A stretch of 64,000 bases of DNA from Neotamlana nanhaiensis. GTDB lineage: Bacteria > Bacteroidota > Bacteroidia > Flavobacteriales > Flavobacteriaceae. Numbering within the stretch: the first letter of the stretch is position 1; every line of letters starts with the position of its first letter. The position numbers were made by a program, and so were the translations under genes. Location: assembly GCF_000943555.1 (NCBI RefSeq), contig NZ_JTDV01000002.1:296831-360830 (forward strand). The letters are read 5' to 3'. This document shows, one piece after another, positions 30,969 through 42,687 of this stretch. Under the pieces are notes generated by a model that was not told where the DNA came from, searched no databases, and worked only from the letters and a program-made list of their open reading frames with translations.

Positions 30969-31453
30969 TGGCGAAATTGGCAAACGCGCTATATTTAGGT
31001 TACAGTTTTGAAAATGGACTTTAATCCATCTTTTTTGATCAAGAAGGTCACTTGTAAAAATCGACCACCGGTGTTGCCATCACGTAAAAAATGGCTCTAA
31101 AAACAAAAGCAAAGTATAAGTTGGCAAGCTTATGTAATTTTTACAAAAAGCAGTCTAGACAACACCTTGAAATACTAGTGTATTTAAAGTCACTTTGGGT
31201 AATCTTTTAAAGATTCATTTTTAAATTAAATCATTGAAATTATTTCGGTGTAAACATTTAAAAATCATCTACTAAACATTATGTAAAGCGCTATAAAACC
31301 ATAGTATTTCCGTAGTTAGAAAGATGGTTAACTTTTATTTTGCTTTAACAAAGAATAGATCATTTTCAGCATAAGCTTGAAAACCCTATTATAAATGTAT
31401 AACCGTTCTGATATTTAAAAAATAATGCAATCAGAACATAATAATTAGAAATC

Positions 31454-32548
31454 ATGAAGAGAGTAAGAATTCATGCAGGAAACGTAGGTTTAGTATTTAA
31501 AAACGGTGATTACAAACGCGTAATTACAAGTGGTACACATTGGTTAGGCTTTAACGAAACCGTTGCAAAGTACAGCTTAACTACAGCTTTTAATGCGCCT
31601 AAAGCATTGGAAATCTTACTAGAAGACCAAGCTTTAGCCAACATGTTACACGTTGTAAATGTAGAAGACAACCAAATTGTTTTAGTGTACACATATAACA
31701 ACTTTAAGCAAGTGCTAACCGCTGGTCAATACACCTTTTGGAACACGTTGGTAGACTATAAATTTGTTACTGTAGATTTAAGTAAAATCGAAATCACAGA
31801 AAACATTAGCAAGTCGTTATACACCAATATGCAATTAAGACAGTACATACGCGCTTTCGAAGTAGCAGCTTACGAAAAAGCCATTATGATTGTAGACGAT
31901 AAGTTCGATAAAATCCTAGATCACGGTACATACCACTTCTGGAAAAACAATCAAACTATAAAAATCGCAAAAGCAGATTTACGTCAGTTACAATTAGAAG
32001 TGTCAGGTCAAGAGTTGTTAACCAAAGACAAAGCAGCAGTGCGTATTAACTTTTACGCACAGTACAACGTAATCGATATCGAAACAGCATTAATGCAAAA
32101 TAAAGATTACGAAAAACAATTGTACACAAGCTTGCAATTAGCCTTAAGAGCATACGTTGGCGCTTACACCTTAGACGAATTGTTAGAGCAAAAAGACCAA
32201 ATAGCAAAAGCAGTTCTAGAAGACGTAAAAGCGCAAGCCAGCAAGTTAGGCGTAAACGTATTACATGCCGGTATGCGCGATGTAATTTTACCAGGCGACA
32301 TGAAAGACATCATGAACCAAGTATTAATTGCACAGAAAAAAGCGCAAGCCAACGTAATTACAAGACGCGAAGAAACCGCATCGACACGTAGCTTGTTAAA
32401 TACCGCAAAATTAATGGAAGACAACAGCATGTTGTTCAAATTAAAAGAAATGGAATACGTAGAAAAAATAGCCGATAAAATTGGCGAAATCACCGTAGCC
32501 GGAAACGTCATCGAGCAATTAAAAGATATTTTTTCAGTAAACAAGTAA
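31454..32548 (+). CDS. SPFH/band-7 (stomatin/prohibitin/HflKC-like) domain protein, cytosolic, with an N-terminal repeat domain.
   Basis: C-terminal half LGVNVLHAGMRDVILPGDMKDIMNQVLIAQKKAQANVITRREE is typical of SPFH. No TM helix is evident. Confidence 0.7.
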   Translation: MKRVRIHAGNVGLVFKNGDYKRVITSGTHWLGFNETVAKYSLTTAFNAPKALEILLEDQALANMLHVVNVEDNQIVLVYTYNNFKQVLTAGQYTFWNTLVDYKFVTVDLSKIEITENISKSLYTNMQLRQYIRAFEVAAYEKAIMIVDDKFDKILDHGTYHFWKNNQTIKIAKADLRQLQLEVSGQELLTKDKAAVRINFYAQYNVIDIETALMQNKDYEKQLYTSLQLALRAYVGAYTLDELLEQKDQIAKAVLEDVKAQASKLGVNVLHAGMRDVILPGDMKDIMNQVLIAQKKAQANVITRREETASTRSLLNTAKLMEDNSMLFKLKEMEYVEKIADKIGEITVAGNVIEQLKDIFSVNK

Positions 32549-32597
32549 TTTTTTGGGCGTAACCACGCTTTTAGTGGCGTGGTCGCGCTTTACGTTA

Positions 32598-32632
32598 TAT
32601 CTTTTGCAAGCAAAAGGATGCCACTTCAATCG
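32598..32632. repeat. Bipartite dispersed element copy C (reverse orientation, compact).
   Basis: CGTTATATCTTTT-GCAAGC-AAAAGGATGCCACT is the reverse complement of the two halves seen in copies A and B. Confidence 0.45.
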
Positions 32633-32706
32633 CTTACGCGGGCAGTCCGTTAAGAACGAGACTAACCACAAGTGTTTTTGAAGTCAGCAATGACCAAAAT
32701 TTATAA

Positions 32707-32742
32707 TACGCAAAAACATTGCGCAATACACTATAATATTTG
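32707..32742 (+). promoter_or_regulatory. Promoter-like block P2: operator motif O3 (TACGCAAAAACATTGCGCAATA) followed by a -7-like TATAATATTTG, upstream of the RtcB-like gene.
   Basis: 22 of 22 nt identical to the motif at 30401, with similar downstream spacing to a TAnnTTTG-like box. Confidence 0.5.
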
Positions 32743-32745
32743 TAA

Positions 32746-34230
<1,485 letters not shown>

Positions 34231-34273
34231 AAAGGAAGAAAGTGGACTAACATATGTTGGTCTGCTTTTTTGT

Positions 34274-34732
34274 TTATATAATCTCTGTAATTTCAAAAGA
34301 CAAATTTCTAAAAGTTACTTTATCACCAACCAATTTTCCGAGAAGCAATTGACCAATTGGTGTACTTGCAGAAATGGCGTAAAAGGTTTCATTTTCAACT
34401 TTAAGTTCTCCAGCGCTAATACTAATAAAATAATTGGAAGCTGTAGTGAAAACAACACTACCTAAACCAATATTTTTAGAGGTTGATTCGGTGTTAATTT
34501 TAGACAGAATTTGTTTCGTTTTTTCAATTTCAGCTAATTGATGTCCTGCTTTTTCGCGTTCTAATTGCAACATGGCGCGACCCGTTTCGTGCTTATCGCC
34601 TGCGCTACTTTTAGTTTCGCTTTGCAGACTTTGTTTTATATCTTCAATAACCGCCAAAACACTTTGTAAACGCGTCTCTAAACTTTGGTTACAAAGCTGT
34701 AATAATTGGGTTTTAATGCTTCGGTTTTTCAT
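34274..34732 (-). CDS. greA: GreA/GreB family transcription elongation factor.
   Basis: C-terminal FKBP-like segment ISASTPIGQLLLGKLVGDKVTF and N-terminal coiled coil, at the typical size. Confidence 0.6.
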   Translation of the reverse strand: MKNRSIKTQLLQLCNQSLETRLQSVLAVIEDIKQSLQSETKSSAGDKHETGRAMLQLEREKAGHQLAEIEKTKQILSKINTESTSKNIGLGSVVFTTASNYFISISAGELKVENETFYAISASTPIGQLLLGKLVGDKVTFRNLSFEITEII

Positions 34733-35414
34733 CGTTTTTCTTAGGAAATTTTAATGGTCCGTAAAAACCCATTTGTTTGATAATCCATTGTTTTCTTGCC
34801 GAAATATAACTGGTTGCTGGTTGTGCTTTATAGCGTCTTGGATTAGGCAAAATTGCTGCAATTGCAGCTGCTTGATTTATGTTTAATCGGTTAGCCGATA
34901 TACCAAACCAATGTTGAGCTGCTGCTTCTGCGCCGTAAATACCATTACCCATTTCGATGCTGTTAAGGTACACTTCTAAAATGCGCTCTTTAGACCATAA
35001 TTTTTCGATTAAAAACGTAAAATAAGTTTCTAAACCTTTACGTAACCAACTTCTATTAGGCCATAAAAACACGTTTTTTGCGGTTTGCTGACTTATAGTA
35101 CTTGCGCCTTTAATACGTTTTGATTTTTTATTGTTTTGGTAAGCCTTTTCAATAGCTTCGATATCAAAACCATTATGGATTACAAACTTCTGGTCTTCAC
35201 TACAAATCACAGCTTTTTGTAAATGCATTGAAATTGCTTCCATGTTTACCCATTTATGTTTAAAAGTTGACGTTTTTTCGGTGTTTTCAAAAGAACGAAT
35301 AGCCATTAAAGGGGTATAATATACAGGCATGTAGCGATACAATGCTACCCATAACACTGTAATTACGACAAACCAAAAACAACATTTTAATAGAAAACGA
35401 AACAGTCTTTTCAT
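34713..35414 (-). CDS. mtgA: Monofunctional biosynthetic peptidoglycan transglycosylase (GT51).
   Basis: SEDQKFVIHNGFD, GASTISQQTAKN, and YLNSIEMGNGIYG motifs. Confidence 0.8.
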   Translation of the reverse strand: MKRLFRFLLKCCFWFVVITVLWVALYRYMPVYYTPLMAIRSFENTEKTSTFKHKWVNMEAISMHLQKAVICSEDQKFVIHNGFDIEAIEKAYQNNKKSKRIKGASTISQQTAKNVFLWPNRSWLRKGLETYFTFLIEKLWSKERILEVYLNSIEMGNGIYGAEAAAQHWFGISANRLNINQAAAIAAILPNPRRYKAQPATSYISARKQWIIKQMGFYGPLKFPKKNDEKPKH

Positions 35415-35417
35415 TAT

Positions 35418-36533
35418 TTAATTTAGAGTTATTTCTGCTAATTCCTTACCAATTAAGCTGCCAATTGCTACACCCATTCCGCCAAGTCTAACACCACAAA
35501 ATACATTGTTAGATAGTTGTTTTACAATAGCCTTTTTTTGTTTACCAACGCCCATAATACCAGACCAACGCTGTTCGATTTCAAAATCTGTTTCGGGTAA
35601 AATCGTGGTTTTTAAAAGTGCTTCTAATTTATTTTGAATGAGCTTGGTTTGGGCAAATTCGGTAGTTTCTTCGGTTTTAAAATCAAGATGTCGCCCGCCA
35701 CCAAAAAGGATGCGATTATCAATATTTCTGAAATAATAATAGCCTTGATCTAAATGAAATGTACCTTTTATATGTAAATCTTTTATCGGTTTTGTAATGA
35801 GTACTTGCGCTCGTGCTGGTTTTACATTTGGAATGTTTAATTGCGACGAAAAACCGTTTGTTGCAATCATTAATTTTGATGTTGAAAACTCGAATTGATT
35901 CGTCTTTATTTTTACCGAATTTTGGTCTTCAGTAAAACTTTCAACAGTTATATTATTTAAAATTTTTATCCCTTTAGATTGTGCTTTTTGTAGTAAAGCA
36001 GACATCATTTTTCCGGTGTCTATTTGACCTTCAAACGCATTAAAAATATATTGATTTTTTATGTTTTTAAAATTGAAACTATTGTCTTTTACGCTAAAAA
36101 CTTCAGCTTTAAAAAGTGGTTTTAATAGGTTGTTGATGTGCTGTTTTTTAGATAGGCAGTTTTCAAATAAATTGTCATTTTCGGTAAATAATTCGTAACC
36201 ACCAAAAGCTTGATAATTTATGGTTGTATCGCCTAAGGTTTGTCGTAGTAATTGCAAGCCTTCAATACGCTTTTCAACTAAGTCAAATACCTCTGCTTCG
36301 GTATGCGTATTTAAATCGTCTAAAATTTCACTTAAGCTACCAAAGCAAGCAAATCCTGCATTTTTAGTACTTGCGCCTTGTGGTAATATTCCTTTTTCAA
36401 AAATTAAAATATGGGCTTGGGGATACATTTTTTTTAATTGCAATGCACAATTTAAGCCAACAATACCACTTCCAATAATAGTGAAATCTATGTTGGTTAA
36501 CCACGATTTTATTTCCCAGTAACTAAAGTTCAA
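35418..36533 (-). CDS. FAD-dependent oxidoreductase (DAO family).
   Basis: Rossmann motif IIGSGIVGLNCALQL. Confidence 0.7.
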   Translation of the reverse strand: MNFSYWEIKSWLTNIDFTIIGSGIVGLNCALQLKKMYPQAHILIFEKGILPQGASTKNAGFACFGSLSEILDDLNTHTEAEVFDLVEKRIEGLQLLRQTLGDTTINYQAFGGYELFTENDNLFENCLSKKQHINNLLKPLFKAEVFSVKDNSFNFKNIKNQYIFNAFEGQIDTGKMMSALLQKAQSKGIKILNNITVESFTEDQNSVKIKTNQFEFSTSKLMIATNGFSSQLNIPNVKPARAQVLITKPIKDLHIKGTFHLDQGYYYFRNIDNRILFGGGRHLDFKTEETTEFAQTKLIQNKLEALLKTTILPETDFEIEQRWSGIMGVGKQKKAIVKQLSNNVFCGVRLGGMGVAIGSLIGKELAEITLN

Positions 36534-36606
36534 AAAAAAGTATTTTTTAAGTGATGTAAATGTACTTAATTTTTAATACTGTTGTTGGCTTTGTGTTAAG
36601 GATAGT

Positions 36607-36655
36607 AGTGGCATCCTTTTTTTGAAGTATGAGAAAAAAGATATAACGGATAGCC
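36607..36655. repeat. Bipartite dispersed element copy B.
   Basis: AGTGGCATCCTTTTTTT and AAAAAAGATATAACGGATAGC, separated by a 11-nt spacer. Confidence 0.5.
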
Positions 36656-36688
36656 TGACTTTTGCCCACGAAAAGGCAAAAGGAACAC

Positions 36689-36728
36689 CATAAAAAAACT
36701 CCGAAAATTACTTCCGGAGTTTCTTAGT
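36689..36728 (-). terminator. Rho-independent terminator downstream of accC.
   Basis: ACTCCGGAA ... TTCCGGAGT stem with T-run on the minus strand. Confidence 0.65.
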
Positions 36729-36731
36729 TTA

Positions 36732-38084
36732 TTATTCTTCAACCTGTTTTTTCATAACAAAGTCTTCCATAAATTTCGTGGTGTAGTTACCTGCGATATA
36801 ATCTGGATGATCCATTAATTGTCTGTGGAATGGAATGGTTGTTTTAATGCCTTCTATAACGAACTCGTCTAAGGCACGTTTCATTTTATTTATAGCCTCT
36901 TCTCTGGTTTGCGCTGTTGTGATTAACTTAGCAATCATAGAATCGTAGTTTGGCGGAATAGCGTAACCTGCGTAAACATGCGTATCTAAACGTACACCAT
37001 GGCCACCTGGCGCGTGTAAAGTTGTAATAACACCTGGTGATGGTCTGAAACCATTAAACGGATCTTCGGCATTGATACGACACTCAATAGAATGTAATTT
37101 TGGCAAGTAATTTTTACCCGAAATTGGCACACCTGCAGCGACAAGTATTTGTTCACGAATTAAATCGAAATCGATAACTTGCTCTGTAATTGGATGCTCT
37201 ACTTGAATACGGGTATTCATTTCCATGAAATAGAAATTACGGTGCTTATCTACCAAGAACTCAACCGTTCCGGCTCCTTCGTAATTAATATATTCGGCAG
37301 CACGAACAGCGGCTTTACCCATATCGTCGCGCAACTTATCGGTCATGAATGGCGAAGGTGTTTCTTCAGTTAACTTTTGGTGTCTTCTTTGAACAGAACA
37401 ATCTCTTTCTGATAAATGACAAGCTTTACCGCTAGAATCGCCAACAATTTGTATTTCGATATGGCGAGGCTCTTCAATAAGTTTCTCCATATACATATCG
37501 TCATTACCAAAAGCAGCTTTACTTTCTTGACGCGCAGAATCCCAAGCAGGTTTTAAATCTTCTTGTTTCCAAACGGCACGCATACCTTTACCACCGCCAC
37601 CAGCAGAAGCTTTAAGCATTACTGGATAACCGGTTTCTTTGGCAATTTTTTCGCATTCTTCGTACGATGTGATAACACCATCGCTACCAGGTACACATGG
37701 TACACCTGCAGCTTTCATGGTTGCTTTTGCGTTGGCTTTATCGCCCATTTTATCAATCATCTCTGGAGATGCACCAATAAATTTTATACCGTGTTCGTCA
37801 CAAATTTTAGAAAATTTCGCATTTTCTGATAAAAACCCGTAACCTGGGTGAATAGCATCGGCGTTTGTTATTTCGGCAGCAGCTATAATGTTAGACATTT
37901 TTAAGTAAGACTCGCTACTTGGTGCTGGTCCGATACATACGGCTTCATCGGCAAACTTTACGTGTAAACTTTCTTCATCGACTTTAGAATAAACCGCAAC
38001 GGTTTTAATTCCCATTTCTTTACAAGTTCTAATAACACGTAGTGCTATTTCGCCTCGGTTTGCTATTAATATTTTTTTAAACAT
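36732..38084 (-). CDS. accC: Acetyl-CoA carboxylase biotin carboxylase subunit.
   Basis: [26 protein letters not shown] and the ATP-grasp fold. Confidence 0.95.
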   Translation of the reverse strand: MFKKILIANRGEIALRVIRTCKEMGIKTVAVYSKVDEESLHVKFADEAVCIGPAPSSESYLKMSNIIAAAEITNADAIHPGYGFLSENAKFSKICDEHGIKFIGASPEMIDKMGDKANAKATMKAAGVPCVPGSDGVITSYEECEKIAKETGYPVMLKASAGGGGKGMRAVWKQEDLKPAWDSARQESKAAFGNDDMYMEKLIEEPRHIEIQIVGDSSGKACHLSERDCSVQRRHQKLTEETPSPFMTDKLRDDMGKAAVRAAEYINYEGAGTVEFLVDKHRNFYFMEMNTRIQVEHPITEQVIDFDLIREQILVAAGVPISGKNYLPKLHSIECRINAEDPFNGFRPSPGVITTLHAPGGHGVRLDTHVYAGYAIPPNYDSMIAKLITTAQTREEAINKMKRALDEFVIEGIKTTIPFHRQLMDHPDYIAGNYTTKFMEDFVMKKQVEE

Positions 38085-38159
38085 AACGTAATAATATTTA
38101 AAATCTCAAATTCCAAATACCAACAAATTGGGATTTGTTTTTTGGAATTTTAAAATTGG

Positions 38160-38645
38160 TTATGATGGATCTACTAAAAATAATGGTTGATCGAATTCTA
38201 CAGGAGAAGAATCGTCAACTAAAATTTTAACAACTTTACCAGATACTTCTGATTCGATTTCGTTAAAAAGTTTCATAGCTTCGATAATACAAAGCACATC
38301 TCCTTCGGCAATAGTTTGCCCTACTTCAACAAATAAAGGTTTATCTGGAGCTGGTTTTCTGTAGAATGTACCAATAATTGGCGATTTAATAGTAATATAT
38401 TTTGAGTCGTCTGCAGCTTTAGTTTCTGCTGGAGCCGCTGGTGTTGCTGGAGTTTCAACCACAGGTGCCGCCGCTACAGGAGCAGGCTGCGCTATTTGAG
38501 GCGCTTGCATTTGATGTACAATAGTTGTATCTGATTCTGATCCGGTTTTAATGGTGATTTTTACATCGTCCATTTCTAATTTAACCTCGCTTGCACCAGA
38601 CTTGGCAACAAACTTGATTAAGTTTTGAATCTCTTTTAAATCCAT
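38160..38645 (-). CDS. accB: Acetyl-CoA carboxylase biotin carboxyl carrier protein.
   Basis: Biotinylation motif IEAMKLFNEIE and an Ala/Pro-rich linker. Confidence 0.9.
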   Translation of the reverse strand: MDLKEIQNLIKFVAKSGASEVKLEMDDVKITIKTGSESDTTIVHQMQAPQIAQPAPVAAAPVVETPATPAAPAETKAADDSKYITIKSPIIGTFYRKPAPDKPLFVEVGQTIAEGDVLCIIEAMKLFNEIESEVSGKVVKILVDDSSPVEFDQPLFLVDPS

Positions 38646-38681
38646 AGTTTTATTGAATTAGTGGGTTTTTTGGTTTAAGTA

Positions 38682-39677
38682 TTAAGCGTTATAAGCCCAT
38701 TTTAAATATATTGAGCCCCAATTAAATCCGCCACCAAAGGCAGCAAAAATAATATTATCTCCTTTTTTAAGTTGCGACTCGTAGTCGTGTAGTAATAAAG
38801 GTAAGGTTGCCGATGTTGTATTTCCATATTTATGAATATTCATCATTACCTTTTCTGGTTCTAAATTAATGCGTTCGGCAGTAGCATCAATAATACGTTT
38901 ATTGGCTTGGTGTGCTGCCAACCAATTTACATTATCTTTAGTTAAATTGTTTCGTTCTAATATTTTTACGGTCGCATCGGCCATATTAAACACGGCATTT
39001 TTAAAAACAGTTCTACCTTCTTGAAAAGCGTACTGTTTACCTTCATCTATTGCTTCGTGTGTTATTGGGTTTAGCGAACCACCTGCAGGTGCTTGTAAAA
39101 AGTCTCTACCCGTACCATCGCTACGTAAATATTCGTTTTGGTAGCCTAAACCTTCGGTGTTTGGTTCGAATAAAACGGCACCTGCGCCATCGCCAAAAAT
39201 AATACAAGTGGCGCGGTCTTTATAATTAATTATAGAAGACATTTTATCGGCGCCAATAAGTAATACATTTTTATAACGCCCCGACTCGATATAACTTGAA
39301 GCTACCGACATGCCGTATAAAAAGCTAGAACATGCCGCGTCCATATCGAACGAAAATGCATTTGTTGCTCCTATTTCTGAGGCAGTATATGATGCTGTTG
39401 AAGCGGCTTTTAAATCGGGTGTAGCAGTAGCCACAATAACCAGTTCGATATCTTTAGGGTCGATACCCTTTTTATTAATAAGGTCTTGTGCGGCTTTTAT
39501 GGCAAGAAATGAAGTGCCTTTGTCTTCATCTTTTAGTATTCTTCGTTCTTTAATACCAGTTCTAGTGGTAATCCATTCGTCATTAGTATCAACCATAGTT
39601 TCCAAAATTTGGTTGGTTAATACATAATCTGGCACATAAGCGCCTACAGCTGTAATTGCTGCAGAAATTTTACTCAT
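38682..39677 (-). CDS. fabH: Beta-ketoacyl-ACP synthase III.
   Basis: Active-site Cys context AACSSFLYGM and KAS III length. Confidence 0.9.
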   Translation of the reverse strand: MSKISAAITAVGAYVPDYVLTNQILETMVDTNDEWITTRTGIKERRILKDEDKGTSFLAIKAAQDLINKKGIDPKDIELVIVATATPDLKAASTASYTASEIGATNAFSFDMDAACSSFLYGMSVASSYIESGRYKNVLLIGADKMSSIINYKDRATCIIFGDGAGAVLFEPNTEGLGYQNEYLRSDGTGRDFLQAPAGGSLNPITHEAIDEGKQYAFQEGRTVFKNAVFNMADATVKILERNNLTKDNVNWLAAHQANKRIIDATAERINLEPEKVMMNIHKYGNTTSATLPLLLHDYESQLKKGDNIIFAAFGGGFNWGSIYLKWAYNA

Positions 39678-39859
39678 AACTTTATAGTTAAATAGGACTA
39701 AAAATTATTACAAATCGTACAAAAACGCCCAAATTTTAGTGAAATTACAGAAATTTGGTGTAATAGAATGCAAATTACTAGTTTTTGCGATGTATAAAAA
39801 ACGTTTTCATAAAAAAAACGCCCAAAAAGAGCGTTTTTCTATATGCTTGCATAATAAAT

Positions 39860-40060
39860 TTATGCTACGTTTTCTACTTCAGAATTGTCAATTAATACTT
39901 GACCTCTGTAATAAAGTTTACCTTCATGCCAGTGCGCTCTGTGATATAAATGTGGCTCGCCTGTTGTAGGACAAGTTGCTATTTGTGGCGCAGTAGCTTT
40001 GTAATGTGTTCTTCTTTTATCTCTTCTAGTTTTCGAGATTTTACGTTTAGGATGTGCCAT
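39860..40060 (-). CDS. rpmF: 50S ribosomal protein L32.
   Basis: [17 protein letters not shown]. Confidence 0.9.
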   Translation of the reverse strand: MAHPKRKISKTRRDKRRTHYKATAPQIATCPTTGEPHLYHRAHWHEGKLYYRGQVLIDNSEVENVA

Positions 40061-40068
40061 TTTATATG

Positions 40069-40611
40069 TTATTTATCCGTTAATAGATTTTTTAATTTAT
40101 TCCAGCGAGGATCAATGTCCTCGTTTTGGTCTTTATGTTCTTTTTGCTCGCTAGGGCTTAGTTCTTCTAATTTTTTAAGTATTTCGGAATCTAGACTTCC
40201 GTCTTCAACTCCTGGATGCACGCGTTTTGCTGGTACCGCTAACACAATAAGTTCGTACACATACTGTTGTATGTTAATTTCGAATGTGCCATGTGGTATT
40301 ATAAGTATATCTATATAATCGTCGTTATACTCATCGCCAAACTTTACTACCAAATTAAACTCATTTTCAATGGTTTGGTTGTAAGGTTCGTTTGTTAAAT
40401 CACAATTTACGTTTACCCATCCCAAGATTTTAAAATGCAACTCTAATAAGGTTGATTTTTTTTCTAACTCAACATTTACAGTTATGTTAGCATCATTAAA
40501 ATCTTCAAACTCAAAATATTCAAAGAACGCTTTCTCAACTTCATAATCAAAATGATGCTTCCCAATTTTTAATCCCACAAAAGGAATTGTAAACTCTTTT
40601 AATGGCTTCAT
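40069..40611 (-). CDS. yceD: YceD/DUF177 family protein (large-subunit rRNA accumulation protein).
   Basis: Conserved position immediately upstream of rpmF, with typical size and acidity. Confidence 0.7.
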   Translation of the reverse strand: MKPLKEFTIPFVGLKIGKHHFDYEVEKAFFEYFEFEDFNDANITVNVELEKKSTLLELHFKILGWVNVNCDLTNEPYNQTIENEFNLVVKFGDEYNDDYIDILIIPHGTFEINIQQYVYELIVLAVPAKRVHPGVEDGSLDSEILKKLEELSPSEQKEHKDQNEDIDPRWNKLKNLLTDK

Positions 40612-40747
40612 TTTAATCGTATCTATTTTGAGCCTGCAAATATATAAATTTTTATTTACGTAGCGATATTTATAAACATTTTTTTGTTTACTCGTTTAAT
40701 TTATAGCGCATTAACATTGTTAATTACTTTTATAAAGATAAAAATAA

Positions 40748-41791
40748 TTACTTTTTAGATGCTTTTTTTAACGGATTTGCTGTTAAATCTTCGTAATCCG
40801 ATCGATTTTTATAAATAGATATAGCACTAAATACGGCTTCTTTAAACGAATTTTCGTTCGCCATTCCTTTTCCTGCTATCTCATAGGCCGTTCCATGATC
40901 GGGCGAAGTACGTACTTTACTTAAACCTGCTGTAAAATTAACGCCTTGGCCAAACGATAGTGTTTTAAAAGGCACCAAACCTTGATCGTGATACGATGCA
41001 ATTACCGCATCGAAACTTTTATAGGTATTGGAACCAAAAAAGCTATCGGCAGCATAAGGACCATAAACGAGTTTACCTTTTTCTTGAATAGCCTTTAGTG
41101 TTGGGCGTAAAACCTCGTCGTCTTCAGAACCTATAACACCGTTATCGCCAGTATGTGGATTTATACCTAACACCGCTATTTTAGGTTTTTGTATTCTAAA
41201 ATCTTGTTTAAGCGATGTGTACAAGGTATTTATTTTATCTTCAATAAGTTTTGGCGTAATGTGGTTGGCAATATCTTTTACCGGAACATGATCGGTAAAC
41301 AAACCTACACGTAATGTATTTGTAATCATAAACATTAGGCTTTTGCCACCAAGTTCTTTGGCTAAATAATCGGTATGCCCTGGAAAATTAAAGTCTTTAC
41401 TTTGTATGTTATGTTTGTTTATTGGTGCCGTTACTAAAGCATCAATGGTATTGTTTTTTAAAGCTTCGGTGGCCTTTTGCAACGATCTTAATGCATATTC
41501 TCCAATTTTTTGATCTTCTTTACCAAATTCAATTTTTACATGTTCGTTCCAACAATTAAATACATTAAACTTACCAAGCGCTATTTGTTCAATATTATTT
41601 ATAGCATGAAACTTAATTTCGGAATTAAAATGCTTTTTTAAAAAAGTTATAGTTTTAGCTGATGCAAATACAACTGGTGTGCAAAACTCCATCATTCGAG
41701 CATCATCAAATGTTTTTAAAATAATTTCTCCGCCAATGCCATTTAAATCGCCTATTGATATTCCTACTATTATATTTTCAGCTTCCTTCAT
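40748..41791 (-). CDS. pdxA: 4-hydroxythreonine-4-phosphate dehydrogenase.
   Basis: GDLNGIGGEI, HTDYLAKE, and SPDHGTAYEIAGKG motifs. Confidence 0.85.
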   Translation of the reverse strand: MKEAENIIVGISIGDLNGIGGEIILKTFDDARMMEFCTPVVFASAKTITFLKKHFNSEIKFHAINNIEQIALGKFNVFNCWNEHVKIEFGKEDQKIGEYALRSLQKATEALKNNTIDALVTAPINKHNIQSKDFNFPGHTDYLAKELGGKSLMFMITNTLRVGLFTDHVPVKDIANHITPKLIEDKINTLYTSLKQDFRIQKPKIAVLGINPHTGDNGVIGSEDDEVLRPTLKAIQEKGKLVYGPYAADSFFGSNTYKSFDAVIASYHDQGLVPFKTLSFGQGVNFTAGLSKVRTSPDHGTAYEIAGKGMANENSFKEAVFSAISIYKNRSDYEDLTANPLKKASKK

Positions 41792-41857
41792 TTAAAAATG
41801 ATAACTTTTGTTTGTAATTTTGATGTTGCAAATTTAATTAAATAAACCCACAATAAA

Positions 41858-42448
41858 ATGTTTACAGGTATTATTGAAACTATTGGTACGGTTTCGGCAT
41901 TACAAACCGAAAAAGATAATCTTCATATTTCAATTAAAAGCTCAATTACAAACGAATTAAAAATAGACCAGAGTGTCGCTCATAACGGTGTTTGCTTAAC
42001 GGTTGTTAATATAAACAACGATATTTATACGGTTACAGCCATAAAAGAAACCTTAGTAAAAACTAATTTAAGTTCTTTAAAAGTAAACGATAAAGTAAAT
42101 TTAGAACGCGCTATGAAACTTGGTGACAGACTTGACGGCCATATTGTACAAGGCCATGTAGACCAAACCGCAGTTTGTGAAAGTGTTACCGAAGAAAACG
42201 GAAGTTGGATTTTTACATTTAGCTACAACCCTGCATTAAATAACATAACTATTGAAAAAGGCTCGATTACAGTAAACGGAACAAGTTTAACGGTTGTTAA
42301 TTCGAAAAAAGATAGTTTTAGCGTAGCCATTATACCATATACTTACCAGCATACCAACTTTAACACCTTTACAAAAGACACCATTGTAAATTTAGAATTT
42401 GATGTTTTAGGAAAATATGTAGCGCGACTTGTAGAACTAAAGCAGTAA
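41858..42448 (+). CDS. ribE: Riboflavin synthase (alpha subunit).
   Basis: MFTGIIETIGTV N-terminus and an internally duplicated lumazine-binding domain. Confidence 0.85.
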   Translation: MFTGIIETIGTVSALQTEKDNLHISIKSSITNELKIDQSVAHNGVCLTVVNINNDIYTVTAIKETLVKTNLSSLKVNDKVNLERAMKLGDRLDGHIVQGHVDQTAVCESVTEENGSWIFTFSYNPALNNITIEKGSITVNGTSLTVVNSKKDSFSVAIIPYTYQHTNFNTFTKDTIVNLEFDVLGKYVARLVELKQ

Positions 42449-42456
42449 AACGCTAA

Positions 42457-42687
42457 TTATTTTTTACCCAATACCAATTTTTTTACACCATAACATAAGG
42501 CAACCACTGCACCCGCAATTACACCACCATCAATAGGTAAGCCATACGGTGGTGGTGGCCCTGGTGGCGGAGGATTATTTTGTGCAACACACACCAAACT
42601 TATTAATACAAATAAGATTGAGGCAAATATTCTTTTATTTTGTATTGTCATGGGGTCACAAAAGTATGAAAAAAAGCGAGCTAGCAA
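42457..42687 (-). CDS. Small secreted/membrane peptide with a polyproline tract and a C-terminal TM plus KK.
   Basis: Signal-like IFASILFVLISLVCVAQ, then PPPPGPPPPYGLPIDGG, a hydrophobic helix, and GKK. The first in-frame Met is probably not the start. Confidence 0.3.
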   Translation of the reverse strand: MLARFFSYFCDPMTIQNKRIFASILFVLISLVCVAQNNPPPPGPPPPYGLPIDGGVIAGAVVALCYGVKKLVLGKK

